Source: Octopus sinensis (taxonomy: Eukaryota). Taken from it: a stretch of DNA of 64,000 nucleotides. The stretch covers positions 19,964,001-20,028,000 of the forward strand of contig NC_042997.1 in NCBI RefSeq assembly GCF_006345805.1. Direction: 5' to 3'. Of this stretch, positions 1 through 12,562 are shown in pieces (positions within the stretch are counted from its first letter, which is position 1; the number at the start of each line of letters is the position of its first letter). Below the pieces are notes generated by a model. That model had not been told where the DNA came from. It ran no database searches and saw nothing but the letters and a program-made list of their open reading frames with translations. The position numbers and the translations under genes are program-made.

Positions 1-14
1 CATAAATCCACTAT

Positions 15-572
15 TTAACCCTTTAGTATTTGCATTACTCTGTCAAATGTGGAGGTGCAATGGCCCATTGATTAGGGCAGTAGATTCGCAGTCAGAGGAT
101 CATGGTTTCGATTCCCAGACCGGGCGTTGTGTGTGTTTATTGAGCAAAAACACCTAAAAAGGCTCTGGTAGGGGGTGGTGGTGACCCCTGTTCTACTCTT
201 TCACGACAACTTTCCCTTACTCTCTCTTTCTGTTTCTTGAGTAATGCTCCGATGGACTGGCATCCCGTTCAGCTGGGGGGAATACATACGTCACAGAAAC
301 CGGGAAACCAGGCCCATGAGTCTGGCTAGGCTTGAAAAGGGTGACGTTTATCGTTTTTTTTTTATTACTATGTGAAATCTAATGCTTATTTATTCGCAGT
401 CTCTTCAACTAATCATTTATCATCTTGTAGCAGTGAGATTTCAATGATGTGATTGTATACTTTCAAAACGATGTTGTAAGTTAGGTGTGAGAGGCAGGAT
501 CTGGCCAGTTTGAATATAAAAGAGGTTGACTATTTGAGCTGGATGTGGCCAGTTTAAATGCTAAAGGATTAA
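15..572. mobile_element. piggyBac-type MITE with a nested SINE
   Basis: TTAA at both ends (15-18, 569-572); TIRs ccctttagtattt / aaatgctaaagga. Confidence 0.75.
51..370 (+). mobile_element. tRNA-derived SINE, group E
   Basis: Box A/B-like head ggaggtgcaatggcccattgattagggcag...ggtttcgattccc; tail gatggactggcatccc...ctggctaggc; imperfect TSD tgtcaaatgt/tgtgaaatct; head shared with 37347 copy. Confidence 0.8.
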
Positions 573-656
573 ATGTGATTACTAATTTCCCCATTTACTC
601 CTGCGCCACACTAAGATTCTGACATTCATCACCAATGGAAAATATATTTGTCTCTA

Positions 657-1228
657 GGTATGGCTGTATGGTTAAGAAGCTTTCTTTGAAACTGTGGGGT
701 TTTGGATTCAGTTCCACTGTGTGAAGACTTGGGCAATTATCTTCTAGTAGAGCCCCAGGCTGACCCAAAATTTGCAAATGAATTTGGTTGACAAAAAATG
801 CAGGGAAGCCCACTCTCTGTGTGTGTGTATGTGTGTGCGTGTATGTTTGTGCGTATACATATGTATATCTTTATCTATATGTTTGTATGTGTATATACCT
901 GTATATGTGTATGTATGTATATATATATATATATATATACATACATATATGCATACGCCCACACACACACACTCACAAACATATATGTATATATATATAT
1001 ATATATATTTATGTGTGTGTATGAGTTTGTATCCCACCACCACTTCATAATTGGTGTTGGTTTGCTTATGTTCCCCCATGATTCAGTGGTTTGGTAAGAG
1101 ACAGAATGAATATGGAACCAGTCTTAAAATAAACACTGTAGTCAATATTTTCAACTGGACCATGCAAGATGGTGCCCCAGCATGGCCCCAGTTTAGTGAC
1201 TGAGACTAGGAAAAGCTGAAAGATAAAC
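657..1228 (+). mobile_element. SINE group A (diverged) with internal compound microsatellite
   Basis: Head, ttgggcaa core and tail align to the 5180 and 36078 copies; (TG/TA/CA)n at about 805-1022. Confidence 0.7.
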
Positions 1229-1409
1229 CCAAATATAAAAATCTACTTAGATCTGTTGTCATTCTTTCCAATTTTCAAACCTAAAAAATTTTGATTATGC
1301 TAAAGTTTAAAAATGTTTTCTAAATGTAAGTTTCTAAACATATGTGCATATTATAACAACACTAAGAAATGCAAAGCTACAATATTTCAACTTTCAAATG
1401 TTATGTTTA

Positions 1410-2760
1410 ACTGAAAGAGTTTGTGCTTTCAAAAAGACTAGATGAAGAACAAAACACATCTAAAATCCTTGATGATATTCTGTAAAATAAAAAATAATTT
1501 TAGAAAGCTGAAGTTTTAACAAAGATTACCTAATTAGTTACTGATAAAAATAGTCATGTCAGGACATTTACAATATTCAAATATTCAATATTCAAATGCT
1601 AAAATTTTCTGCAATAAATTGTAATAATAAAGGCAAATACACTTAAAAAGTGGAAAGTATGAAAACTTAGTAATCCACTTTGGTAACATATAACATGATT
1701 AGTGTAAATGTCAGGAGAAAATTCTAAGAAAATATTGAAATATGACTGTTACCAAGTTTTAAATAATATATAAATATTAATGTTTGGAATATCAAAATTG
1801 TAATATTATGTAATTCCATAAATAATAGGATTTACAAATAATAGCAGTAGTAGAAATAGACTCTTAGTTTTGAGACAAATATTTCACCCTATACTTATAT
1901 ATGGACTTTTATAAGAAGCTTCAGATTTTACTTGTTAAAGCTGTATTTCATGGATGAGTGGTTAAGGAGGTCACATCCCAAACATGAACCACTGTGTGGC
2001 ACATTGGGCAAGTGTTCTTCTACTATAGTCTTGGGCTGACCAAAGTGTTCTCCTTCTATAGTCTTGGCTTGACCAAAGCCTTGTGAGTGGATTTGCTAAA
2101 TGGAAACTAGAAGAAGCCTGTGTATTGTCTTGACATCATGTAATGGTTGTAAACAAACACCACTGTCCTACAAGCAATGTTTTCATTTCTAGCCTTTTGT
2201 GAAAAACATGTCTAGCTATGAGGAAATATTATCACATTTAGTTCAGTCAGAGATTGAACCAATATTTAATTTGTCTTCACCACCCACTGATATTTGAAAC
2301 TTGATAAAGCATCAAAGCTAGAAAACTAACTATCAGATAAATTAGTTGTGTTGTTTCTGAAAGCATGTTATTAACTTTGTTGAACTGCAAGTTTCAGTTT
2401 CAGATCATTTAATCGCTGATATTAAAATAGAGAAGAGTGATTTTTAAGGACAAAAATTAATGATAGTTTGATGAAACTAAATAGACTTGTCCAACAGCAA
2501 GCCACAATCTAAGCAGGTTTTGTTTAATGTGTGATGAGATAATTTTTAATGATATAATACGCTGAAATATTACAACTTAAACATACAATTGCCAATGAAT
2601 TTTCTGGTCAAAAAGCAGATAGACAGATGGAAAGAAAATATGGTAACCAAGACATATTTCAATTAATTTTTGAATTTTCCATGGTCTTGCCTCTTGGGAC
2701 AGCAGCCTACAATATTATCCATATAAGAAATACTTCTCCAGAAGATCAAAATAGGAAATG
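1410..2760 (+). pseudogene. Decayed hAT transposase remnant, interrupted by a SINE
   Basis: Fragments VTD..VMSG (TDGA.VM.G-like, about 1540) and FQLIFEFSMVLPLGTAA (C-terminal dimerisation LP.STA-like, about 2660); many stops and frameshifts. Confidence 0.45.
1952..2235 (+). mobile_element. SINE group A fragment
   Basis: ttgggcaagtg..ttctactatagtcttgggctgaccaaagccttgtgagtggattt core with a short internal duplication. Confidence 0.65.
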
Positions 2761-4196
2761 AAAACTTTACTACTAAAATAGCCATTTATGTGTTATATTT
2801 TATATATATAAGCCATTGGCAGGCGAGTTATTGTGGTTTTTGTCTGAGATAAAACCTCTTATGTATGTGTTGTGTTTCAAATAGAACATATACCAGGAGA
2901 TAAAAAAATGTCCAAGCTACTTATTGGGGATGATATTTTTGCAGGATGACTATTATAGTAACTGGCCAATCTGCACTGTGTATACATTAAATATGATACA
3001 GGGATAGTTATTTTAGCTTTATATTGTCTCAATTGTATATGGTTGGATGATTGTTTTATTCACTGTTTTCTGAATTGGAGGAAGGAGTCAAATTCTCATT
3101 CAAACATTTGGCTGATTACAAATATGTGCCTTGGAAAATGTCCAAAAAGGCTGAAATGCTTCTGGTGTTCTTGTTGGTTGCTCCTGAGGCAATTTTTAGA
3201 GACCCTCTGATATTTATTGTGTTTTTAACACAGTACATCAATAAGAGATGTTATCTTAGGACAAATACCACAGTAACTGGCCTATTGATGCTGTATATAT
3301 ATTATGATACATAAAGGGTTATTTTAATTTAATACTGCTTCAGTTGCATTCACTGAAGTACTGAAAATATTGTCAGCCATTAGCAAATATTTTGAAAACA
3401 ACTACACAAAAACATCTTAGATTAGAAAATGTCAATTGAATGATTATGCTTCTACTCTTTTAATAGTATTTATATATATAAAAGTAATCATTTATTTAAT
3501 GATGTGGTATGAGAGAAGTTTCAAATAATGAAAGTACATAATGGGCTGATACTGAGAAATCAATCTGTGATGGCTGTTACCAGTATTTTCAATTAAATAT
3601 TAGATTATTATCAGGTATATTTTCTCCATTTACATTATAATACGAAAATATTATTGGGCTTATTATACGATTAAATAGTTACTGTGACTTTATAGTATAA
3701 ACGATTATTATAGATTGACTTAAATTAAGCCAAGTGTAGGGAGTGTCTGGTTTTTGTAAAATTACCAAATTTTAGGCACAGGTATCATTTTATCTCATAT
3801 TAAATTTTTCTACTATTACTCTAAGAGTAATGTCATTTGCTTGTATGTTAGTCATATTTAGCTTATTGAGGAAAACTTTTCTTCCCCAATAATAGTTAAG
3901 GGGTGTATTCGAAATGCATAAGGGTAATTTTATATCTGCACACACCTTCACATACAGGCATTAGTTCAGTTCATATAAAGAAATGTATAACTAAAGTTAC
4001 ACATGGCAATGAGAAAGTAAAAGTTGCTGTAGAAGATAAGAATCTTAAAACGGATTCTCTTAAAATCAGAATCATACTGATAAATAATAAATCTATACAG
4101 AAAAATTAAAATGATTGGAAATACAAATGTTAGTAGAAAGTTAGACATCAAGCAAATGTATTAAAAACCTGAAAATTATATTATGCTTCTGATACT

Positions 4197-4290
4197 TTAC
4201 GAGCAAAACATGCCTCCCCCGTCCAATGGACGGTGCTGAGATGTCAAACATTTAAACTGGATTTTCTCAAAACAACTTGTCTGACTGCCT
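4197..4290. repeat. Unclassified interspersed repeat, probably a DNA-transposon fragment
   Basis: cgtccaatggacggtgctgagatgtcaaacatttaaac...ttttctcaaaacaact recurs reverse-complemented at 42356-42437. Confidence 0.55.
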
Positions 4291-5179
4291 CATAGGGCCT
4301 CCCCTTTTAAACACTGATTTAACCTAAACTTGAGACACCAGCAAAATATGGATTTTGACTGATGTACTTGTGCGTACAAATGCACATTCCCACGGCTTTA
4401 TCGATCGCATTCTCACCTGGAATCGATTTTTGTAATATTTTCAAGAATTCTACACGCCCTGATACCGTTGGTATCTACATATCGAATTTGAGTGCAATCG
4501 GATGGAGGATGCCCGAGATCCTAGAAGACACACACACAGACAGAATGGATTTTATATAATAGATAAGGCCAACCTTTTGTATGATGAAAGAAAACTTGCT
4601 TACTATCAGAAGTGATAATTCTTCACAATTCTTTCCATTTTTTTTACATCCTAGAGATACCTTCACTTGTTAACTATATGTAAAAACCTTTTACTTCAAA
4701 TATCAGAGTCATTGCAACAGTTGCTACCTGCACCTACTACTAGCTACTTAAGTATATCAGTTACATACTAGAAATCAGTAATCCCACTAAATTGTTTATA
4801 ACCAATTATCTAAACACACTATTACACAATACAATATTGATTTTCTATCAACAGTTTTGCTGCAAAATCCCTCTTCAGCTAATATTAGGTTATATAGCCT
4901 TTACTATTTACTAGTTCTATAATCTCCACTGTGTTGAGTACTGGGCTTAAAGTACAGGCCAGTCTCGCAAGTTTTTAATCTATTTGATATGACACTCTGC
5001 CATCTGACTCCTGATCATGATAAATAACTAACAGTGCTAGAACATTACTTCCTTATTTGCCCATTCATACTTTTTATTTAATAAATTTCAAGGACTATTC
5101 CATAGTTTTTATTCTTTTATCACAAAATGGTTACATCCTTAAAAAACCCATTAATACTAATTACAAATCTAGAATATAT

Positions 5180-5339
5180 AGGCATAGGAGTGGCTGTGTA
5201 GTAAGTAGCTTGCTTATGAACCACATGGTTCTGGATTCAGTCCCACTGCATGGTACCTTGGACAAGTGTCTTCTACTATAGCCTTGGGCTGACCAAAGCC
5301 TTGTGAGTGGATTTGGTAGACGGAAACTGAAGGAAGCCC

Positions 5340-5375
<36 letters not shown>

Positions 5376-5612
5376 GCATATATATATGTATTTGTGTGTA
5401 TATGTTTGTGTGTCTGTGTTTGTTCCCCCAACATCACTTGACAACCGATACTGGTGTGTTTATGTCCCTGTAACTTAGCGGTTTGACAAAGAGACCGATA
5501 GAATAAGTACTAGGCTTACAAAAAAATAAGTCCTGGGGTCGATTTGCTCGACTAAAGGCGGTGCTCCAGCATGGGCACTGTCAAATTACTGAAACAAGTA
5601 AAAGAGTAAGGA
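5180..5612 (+). mobile_element. SINE group A, full length, internal (TA)n
   Basis: ggcataggagtggctgtgtagtaagtagc head; tail ctggggtcgatttgctcgactaaaggcggtgctccagcatgg...gaaacaagtaaaagag; several copies in the window. Confidence 0.85.
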
Positions 5613-6472
5613 GTAATATACTTGACTGCTAGGTAAAAAAATTTTTAGTTTTGACTCTAAATCTTGGTTGGTAATGTATATGGAAAAACCCAAGATTAAA
5701 GAGTGTCAAAATTCCAAAGTTGTACTATCATATTACTTGTGATATACCATTGTCTCCATGAATACTAATATATTCATACTGCAGTTTCTAGCAGAGCCAT
5801 TAAAATTACTCACTACAGGTTATATTATTCTTTCCTTGCACAGTCCTATTATTCAAGTGAAGTGAAATTTAATGCTATTGCTTCATTAAAAAAAAGAAAG
5901 AAAATGCAATTTCAAAATAGCTTTCACATAGGAAATACCATTTATCTTTTAAAAAATTATTAGATCCTCTTAGAAATTTATATGTTCTTAAATACAAAGA
6001 TAAATGCTTGGATATAATTTCTCAGTTCTGAAAATATTCAAATTGCAGGAAAAAAAAAATAAACAGAAAAATAAAACGTTACAGCTTTGGTAAAACTGTT
6101 ATTTTTCAAGCCAAGTAATATGCCAGCTTTCTAAAAGAAATAGCTTGTCATATTATCGAAGAATGTTCAATTAAATTATAAAAAAATACCATAATGCAGA
6201 TTTTATGGATGATAAACAAAGCTTTTAAAATTGACTCATATATAACGAAACTTCTCTGCATTTTTAAAGGGCATTTCAAATTTAATGTTCTTCCAATATT
6301 TATGAAGTTGATTCTCAAATTGTTTGCTTGTTTTCAATTCAACAATTTACCTTCATAATCAATTTCAGTTTAGATAGATCATGTTCCTGTCTTGCTAGCT
6401 TGTTATTTTACTTATACAATTTATGCAAACACACTGATAATTGATGGAATTCTGTGATTTTATTTTCCTTAC

Positions 6473-6565
6473 CTGATCACAGTCATGCAGCTCCTCTAAA
6501 GCAAGAAAGCTGTTCTGCTCCAGGCCTTTTCTTCTGTATTTTACCCCCTCTCTACTGCTCACCTT
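6473..6565 (-). CDS. Candidate internal exon, KVSSREGVKYRRKGLEQNSFLALEELHDCDQ (product unknown)
   Basis: 93 nt, phase 0-0, only one open frame; TAG acceptor (weak pyrimidine tract); strong CAG|GTAAGG donor. Confidence 0.3.
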
Positions 6566-6605
6566 CTAGCATTTGGGGTTTATTGTCTTGCAAACTGCAT
6601 GATGA

Positions 6606-6790
6606 CATCACTGGTGCAAGGGCATGAAAAAGCACCCAATACATGCTATAAAGGGATTGGCATTAGGAAAGGCACCTAACTGTAGAAACCATACCAAAAC
6701 AAACACTGGCACACAGTGCAGTCCTTAGGCTTATCAGATCTTGTTGATCCATCCAATCCATGCGAGCTAAGAGTATGGATTTTAAATGAG
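6606..6790 (+). mobile_element. RTE LINE 3' UTR fragment (diverged)
   Basis: aaaagcaccc...ggcattaggaaaggcacctaactgtagaaac matches the RTE 3' end at 17.9 kb. Confidence 0.55.
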
Positions 6791-7529
6791 GAATATGGAA
6801 TTTATATATGTATATATCCTCTTCATCTTTAGTATTGAAAAAAAGCCTACTATTTACATCTTCATAAATTTCTTTAAAAAATTGAAAACACTCTAGTTGC
6901 ATTCCTTAACCAATTTTCTACAAGAATCTGATTTCCATAAAACATGGCCTTAAATTTTAACAGTCTTGAAGAGAGAATACTGAAAGTTGTGCTTTTGATT
7001 ATAAGTACTTTAAAGATGATTCTATTTTATTCTTGACTGTAATATGCTTGTAGAAATTTGAGTCCTTGTCAATGAACCAAAAACTATTTTCAAAATTGGT
7101 CCTTATTTGAGAATAAATATTCAAATTGCTTGAGCCAAAATTTAGCACTCAAAGTTTCTACATTCAAAATGTTCCTAAATAAATTAAAAACTCACTTTAT
7201 TCAGAGTCCTCTTTGTCATCAAAGTGCATAAGCTATTTCAGCATCATAAACAAAGAGCTTGTGCACTTTATACTAATGACAGTATGTCATTTATAATATC
7301 TATAATATTGTATAACGCAAAAAATTCTTTGAAAGTGGTTTCATGTCATAAACACGAACCAGTCAGTTCTATCAATCTCAGTACTTGTCTATTGCTATTT
7401 TATCGATCTCTATTTACCTAATGATTGCAGCCTCAAATGAAAGAGATATAACCTGCATGGAATAAATATGAAGCTTTAATCTATTACCCACACCCAATTT
7501 ACACACATGAACATAAACATACGCAATAT

Positions 7530-7760
<231 letters not shown>

Positions 7761-7768
7761 GTCGCCAA

Positions 7769-9608
7769 CATCATCATCATCATTTAATGTCCATTTTCCA
7801 ACCTGGCTTGGGTTAGACGGTTTGACTGGGGACTGGCAAGCCAGGAGGCTGCACCAGGCTCCAATCTGATCTGGCAATGTTTCTACAGCTGGATGCCCTT
7901 CCTAATGCCAACCACTCCAAGAGTGCAGTGGGTACATTTTACGTGCCACCAGCATGTGAGCCAGTCAGGTGACATTGGCATCAGCCATGTTTGGATGGGG
8001 CTTTTTATGTGCTATCAGCACAGGAGCCAGTCAGGTGGCACTGCCATTGGCCGCAACTACAATTTCTATTTTTGATTGTGATTTGATTTTTGATCTTTGA
8101 TTTTACTTGATTCAATAGGTCTCCTTAAGCACAGCGTGTTACCAGGTGATTCAAAGGTACTTTTTAAATAGGCTGGTTATGGCAATACTAGTATAGGCTA
8201 TAGTTGTTATCTCACTTTACTTCCTGGGTCTTTTCAATCACACCGTATCTTCAGAGGTCTTAGTATCTTGTCATCACCTCTGTGAGGCCCAGCGTTTGAA
8301 GGTCATGCTTCACCACCTCATCCCATGTCTTCCTGGGTCTCCCTCTTCCATGGAATCCTTCCACTGTTAGGGAGTAACATTTCTTCACACAGATCTCATC
8401 CATACACAGCACATGACCATACCAGCGCAGTCATCTCTCTTGCACACCACATCTGATGCTTCTTGTGTCCAACATTTCTCTCAGGTTGCTTAAATTCTAT
8501 TGTGTGTGCACACTGACATTACACATCCATCAGATCATACTAGCTTCATTTCTTTCAAGCCTATACATGTTTTCAGCAGTCACGGCCCACATCTCACTGC
8601 CGTGTAGCATGGCAGCTCACACACATGCATCATACAGTCTACCTTTTGTTCTGAACGAGAGGCCCTTTGTCACCAATAGAGGTAGAAGCTTTCTGAACTT
8701 TGCTCAGGCTATTCTTATTCTGGTTGCAATGCTCTCTGAGCATCCACCCTCACTACAGACTTTGTCACCTAGATAGTGGAAGCCATCAACAATTTCTAGT
8801 TTCTCCCCTTGACATATGATGGAATCTGTTTTCTGAGTATCTGTGGTGTTTATTGCCTCTGTGCATATCTCGCACACTAGGGCTATCATTCTGGTTAACC
8901 TTCCTTTGATGATGCTACACCTCTTATGCATACATCTTATAGAGTTTCTACCTACACCTTTTCTTCAGATCAAGCAGGGCCATCTACCTGAAGGGGTTTG
9001 TTATTTGTTCACCTTCCTACTTACTAGAACTTAGGGTTTTTCAACATTGTCTCTAAGGCCCTTTGATTCTAAATCTTACTTCCACACCAGAAATTTCTTC
9101 TCTAGTTCTGGTAGTGATTCCACTATAAGTGCAAGGTCATCAGCATAGAGGAGCTCCAAGGGGCAGCCTGTCTTGAATTCCTCTGTTATTGTCTAGAGGA
9201 CCATGATGAATAAGAGGGGGCTGATCCTTGGTGAACCCCTACTTCTACCCGGAATTCTTCACTATACTCATTGCTGACCCTTTCCTTACTGATGACATCC
9301 ATGTACAGGGCTGGTACAGCTCTTATTAGCCACTCATCTATCCCTAGTTCTGCATCACCCACCAGATAAGGGATTGGGGTCCCTGTCAAAACCAAGTATA
9401 GGGGTTTATCTTTGGCTAGGTATTTCTCCTGCAGTTGCCTTACCAGGAATATAGCATCAATGATGCTTCTACCTGGCACAAAACCAAACTGTATCTCATC
9501 TAAGTAGACTCTCTCCCTAATTAGTTGGACTATGAACCTCTCCATGACCTTTATCACCTGATCCCAGATGCTTGCTACCCCTGTAGTTATTTCTATCAAG
9601 AGCATCAC
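7769..9608 (-). mobile_element. 5'-truncated RTE-clade LINE (RT pseudogene, 3' UTR, (GAT)n tail)
   Basis: QFGFVPGRSIIDAIFLVRQLQEKY, VGVHQGS, FHYLG, WDEVVKHDL motifs; (CAT)n tail on the plus strand at 7769; frameshifted. Confidence 0.9.
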
Positions 9609-10434
9609 CTTTACACATACACACACACATATATATGTATGTATGTATGTATGTATATGTATGTGCGTGTGTGTGTGTGTGTTTGTGTGGGTGGGTGTGT
9701 ATGTGAATGTATATATATATAAATATATTCTACATAGATGTATGTATGTATGCATATATATACATGCATGCACCCATACATGTATGATAGACTGCTGTGT
9801 AGTTTTCATGTTTTATATTTCACTCACAAAGCGTTAGTAAACTTGATGCTATGGCAGAACAAACTTATCAAATGTTTTGTTTTGTAACATAAAACAAAAC
9901 CAGGACAAGTTTCTTCTTATTAATCACATGATTTGGAAGAAAAAGCCACATTTCTTAGCTTCGGAGTCCATCTGAGGCTGGTGAGATTGATGTGATTGAT
10001 GGTGAATATTCCATTTGATTGGTTTCAAGTTGATGGCTGAGCAGAAAATATGGGAAGGAGAATATATAGTCACTCTTGGAAAGAAGACTTCACTATCATG
10101 ATGCTGCTTGAGTGGTTAAGGAGAGTATTGGGATAAGATCGTGAGAGTTAAGTAAATTTGGACTGCTTCAGAGATCAGTCGCCACCAAGGAACAGAGATC
10201 ACTATAGTAGTGATAGAAAAGGCTGAATGTAGAGACAGTAAATCTGTGAAACAGAGATTGGAGTGTTAACAAGCTACTTTATGCCAATCAGTTAGGTTGC
10301 TTACTTTTTCTATGAAGCCCAGATGTCTGTGTATGTGAAGCAGCACTGCCTCAGATGCATGCAACACTCCATTGTAGGTGGACAGTCATTGTCTGGTGAT
10401 GAAGTATATTTTGATCCTGATTACAAGATTCTTA

Positions 10435-10850
10435 ATCATCATCATTATCATCGTTTAACGTCCGTTCTCCATGTTAGCATGGGTTGGACAGTTCGACCGG
10501 GGATCTGGGAAGCAAGAAGGCTGCACCAGGCTCCGGTCTTATCTGGCAATGTTTCTACAGCTGGATGCCCTTCCTAACGCCAACCACTCCATGAGTGTAG
10601 TGGGTGCTTTTTACGTGCCACCTGCACTGGAGCCAGGTGAGGCTGGCATCGACCACGGTCGGATTGGTGCATTTTACGTGCCACCTGCACGGAAGCCAGT
10701 CGAGGCGGCACTGGCTTCAGCCACAATTCAGATGGTGCTTTTTACATGCCACCGACACAGAAGCCAGTCGAGGCGGCGCTGGCATCGACGATAATTCAGA
10801 TAGTGCTTTTTACGTATCTCCAGTCCAGGGGTGTCATATTAAAATTTCAG
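10435..10850 (-). mobile_element. RTE LINE 3' end
   Basis: catcat-cgtttaacgtccg...ctggatgcccttcctaacgccaacc followed by internal tandem units ggtgctttttacgtgccacc. Confidence 0.8.
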
Positions 10851-10994
10851 TTCTGTTACTGTAACTTCAAAATTTCACGGCAAAAATCTTTAAACATTGT
10901 AGAGAATTTAAAGTGAAAGAACAGACAAAGATATATGTGTGAAGAAATAAATTTCAGTACAGGAATATTGTTCCAGATTTTACTTCCTACATAC

Positions 10995-11026
10995 ACAAAT
11001 CTTTATTCTAAAAATTGTCTTTCCAG
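10995..11026 (-). CDS. Candidate 32-nt exon, (A)GKTIFRIKIC
   Basis: ttccttttcag acceptor, GTATGT donor, one open frame, phase-compatible with the 13721 and 6565 candidates. Confidence 0.25.
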
Positions 11027-11129
11027 CTGAAAAGGAACTATGCCTATTTCTGTTTATTAACATTGACATTTTAACATCTGATTGTTTCTGACAGAATAAA
11101 TGAGATGATCTATTTTATTTTCTTCCCAT

Positions 11130-11308
11130 TCATTCTAATTTTATTTGTAAAACACACATTTTCAAATCCTGATTCCTGATCTAACCATATTTCTTTAAAA
11201 TCCTTAAACTATCTATATATTCTGTCCAATTTTAGCCAAGCTTTAAATGCATTATTCAACATAGGGATCTTTCTGAAGTTAATTTTGCTTTTCTGTCCTT
11301 GAAATCCC

Positions 11309-11347
<39 letters not shown>

Positions 11348-11805
11348 TATAGCAATATGCCAAACTCTATAAAATTGACTTTCTCCTTTTTACAAAGCTT
11401 CACTTGGAAATAATTCAGCAACGTTGGTACTGTCAATGTTGTTTAGACACAGCAATGACCTTTAGTATAACTATATTATTATACCACAAAGGTTTTATTT
11501 GAAATCTAGTAGATCATATTTATCTCATCATCAGCTTGTGAATATGCTTTGTCCTTGTTAATATGATATTCTAGTACAGATTTCTTAGATGATGTATAAA
11601 ATAAACTAGATTGAGTGAAATAATCACCCACCTGAAAACATTGGTATTTGTCCTTAAAGCAAAGCTCTAAACTACTTCCACTTATTCTGCAGCTTAATCT
11701 TTATGCACCACTACTCATGCAATTAGGCTGTAGTGTATTATTAATTTCAGTAAACCTTGACAGCCTTCTCCATGAAATACTAATTATAAACTTGCCACAC
11801 TTCTA
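11130..11805 (-). pseudogene. Decayed Penelope-like reverse transcriptase
   Basis: LELCFKDKYQCFQVGDYFTQ resembles the PLE motif LELCL..NYF.F.G..Y.Q; YSQADDEINMI resembles Y.RYVDDIF.I; long near-open frame with scattered stops. Confidence 0.45.
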
Positions 11806-12087
11806 AACAAAAATATAGACTTTCTTTAAAACAAGGTAAGTTTTCATGGACAAGCATTATTTGACAAGTTATACAATATCCCCATATTTTTAAAAAACAA
11901 GAAGAAAATTTTAATTTTGTATTCAAAGCAGAAGGACACTTTTAAGCATCAAATTGCTTTCTGCAAAAATATGAAGTGAAATTTGAGTATTATTTTCATC
12001 CACTCTCAGCAGAGTACAAGAAGAGCTATCTATGACAGATGACTCCAAGGTGATTTTGATTCTCTTCATTTACACCAATAAATATGT

Positions 12088-12240
12088 AGGCACAAGCATA
12101 ACAGTGCAGTTAAGAAGTGCACTTTGCAATCACATAGCTTTGGGTTCAGTTCCACAGTGCAGCATCTTGGGCAAATGTCTTCTTATGTAACCTAAGGAGA
12201 TTAATAGTTTGTGAGTGAATTTAGTAGACATAAACTGTTG
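12088..12240 (+). mobile_element. SINE group A fragment (diverged)
   Basis: gggttcagttccacagtgcagcatcttgggcaaatgtcttc core. Confidence 0.6.
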
Positions 12241-12260
12241 TGTATGTATATATATATATA

Positions 12261-12562
12261 GGCACATGGCTTAGTGGTTAGAGCGTCGGGCTTACGATCG
12301 TGAGGTTGTGTTCTTGAGCAAGACACTTTATTTCGTGTTGCTCCAGTTCACTCAGCTGTAGAAATGAGTTGCGACGTCACTGGTGCCAAGCTGTATTGGC
12401 CCTTGCCTTTCCCTTGGATAACACTGGTGGCATGGAGAGGGGAGGCTGGTATGCATTAATGACTACTGGTCTTCCATAAACAACTTTACCTGGACTTGTG
12501 CCTGGGAGGAGAATTTTCTAGGTGCAATCCCATGGTCAGTGTCATGACCGAAGGGGGTCTCA
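12261..12562 (+). mobile_element. tRNA-derived SINE, group D
   Basis: ggcacatggcttagtggttagagcg head; ttcttgagcaagacactttattt...ccagttcactcagctg body shared with 27076, 32697 and 59024. Confidence 0.8.

Noticed and set aside
744-1097. ORFs rich in YI/CV/HT repeats (also 7536-7877, 43371-43716, 45333-45620, 50050-50406 and others)
   Set aside because: They are translations of (TA)n, (TG)n and (GATA)n microsatellites, which lack stops in several frames.
2780-3350. Diverged ~315-bp duplication and ORF 3051-3314
   Set aside because: Similarity is patchy, and the ORF has no splice or motif support.
11506-11631. Minus-strand exon VGDYFTQ...NMIY*
   Set aside because: The frame is open upstream of the supposed acceptor and matches Penelope RT motifs.
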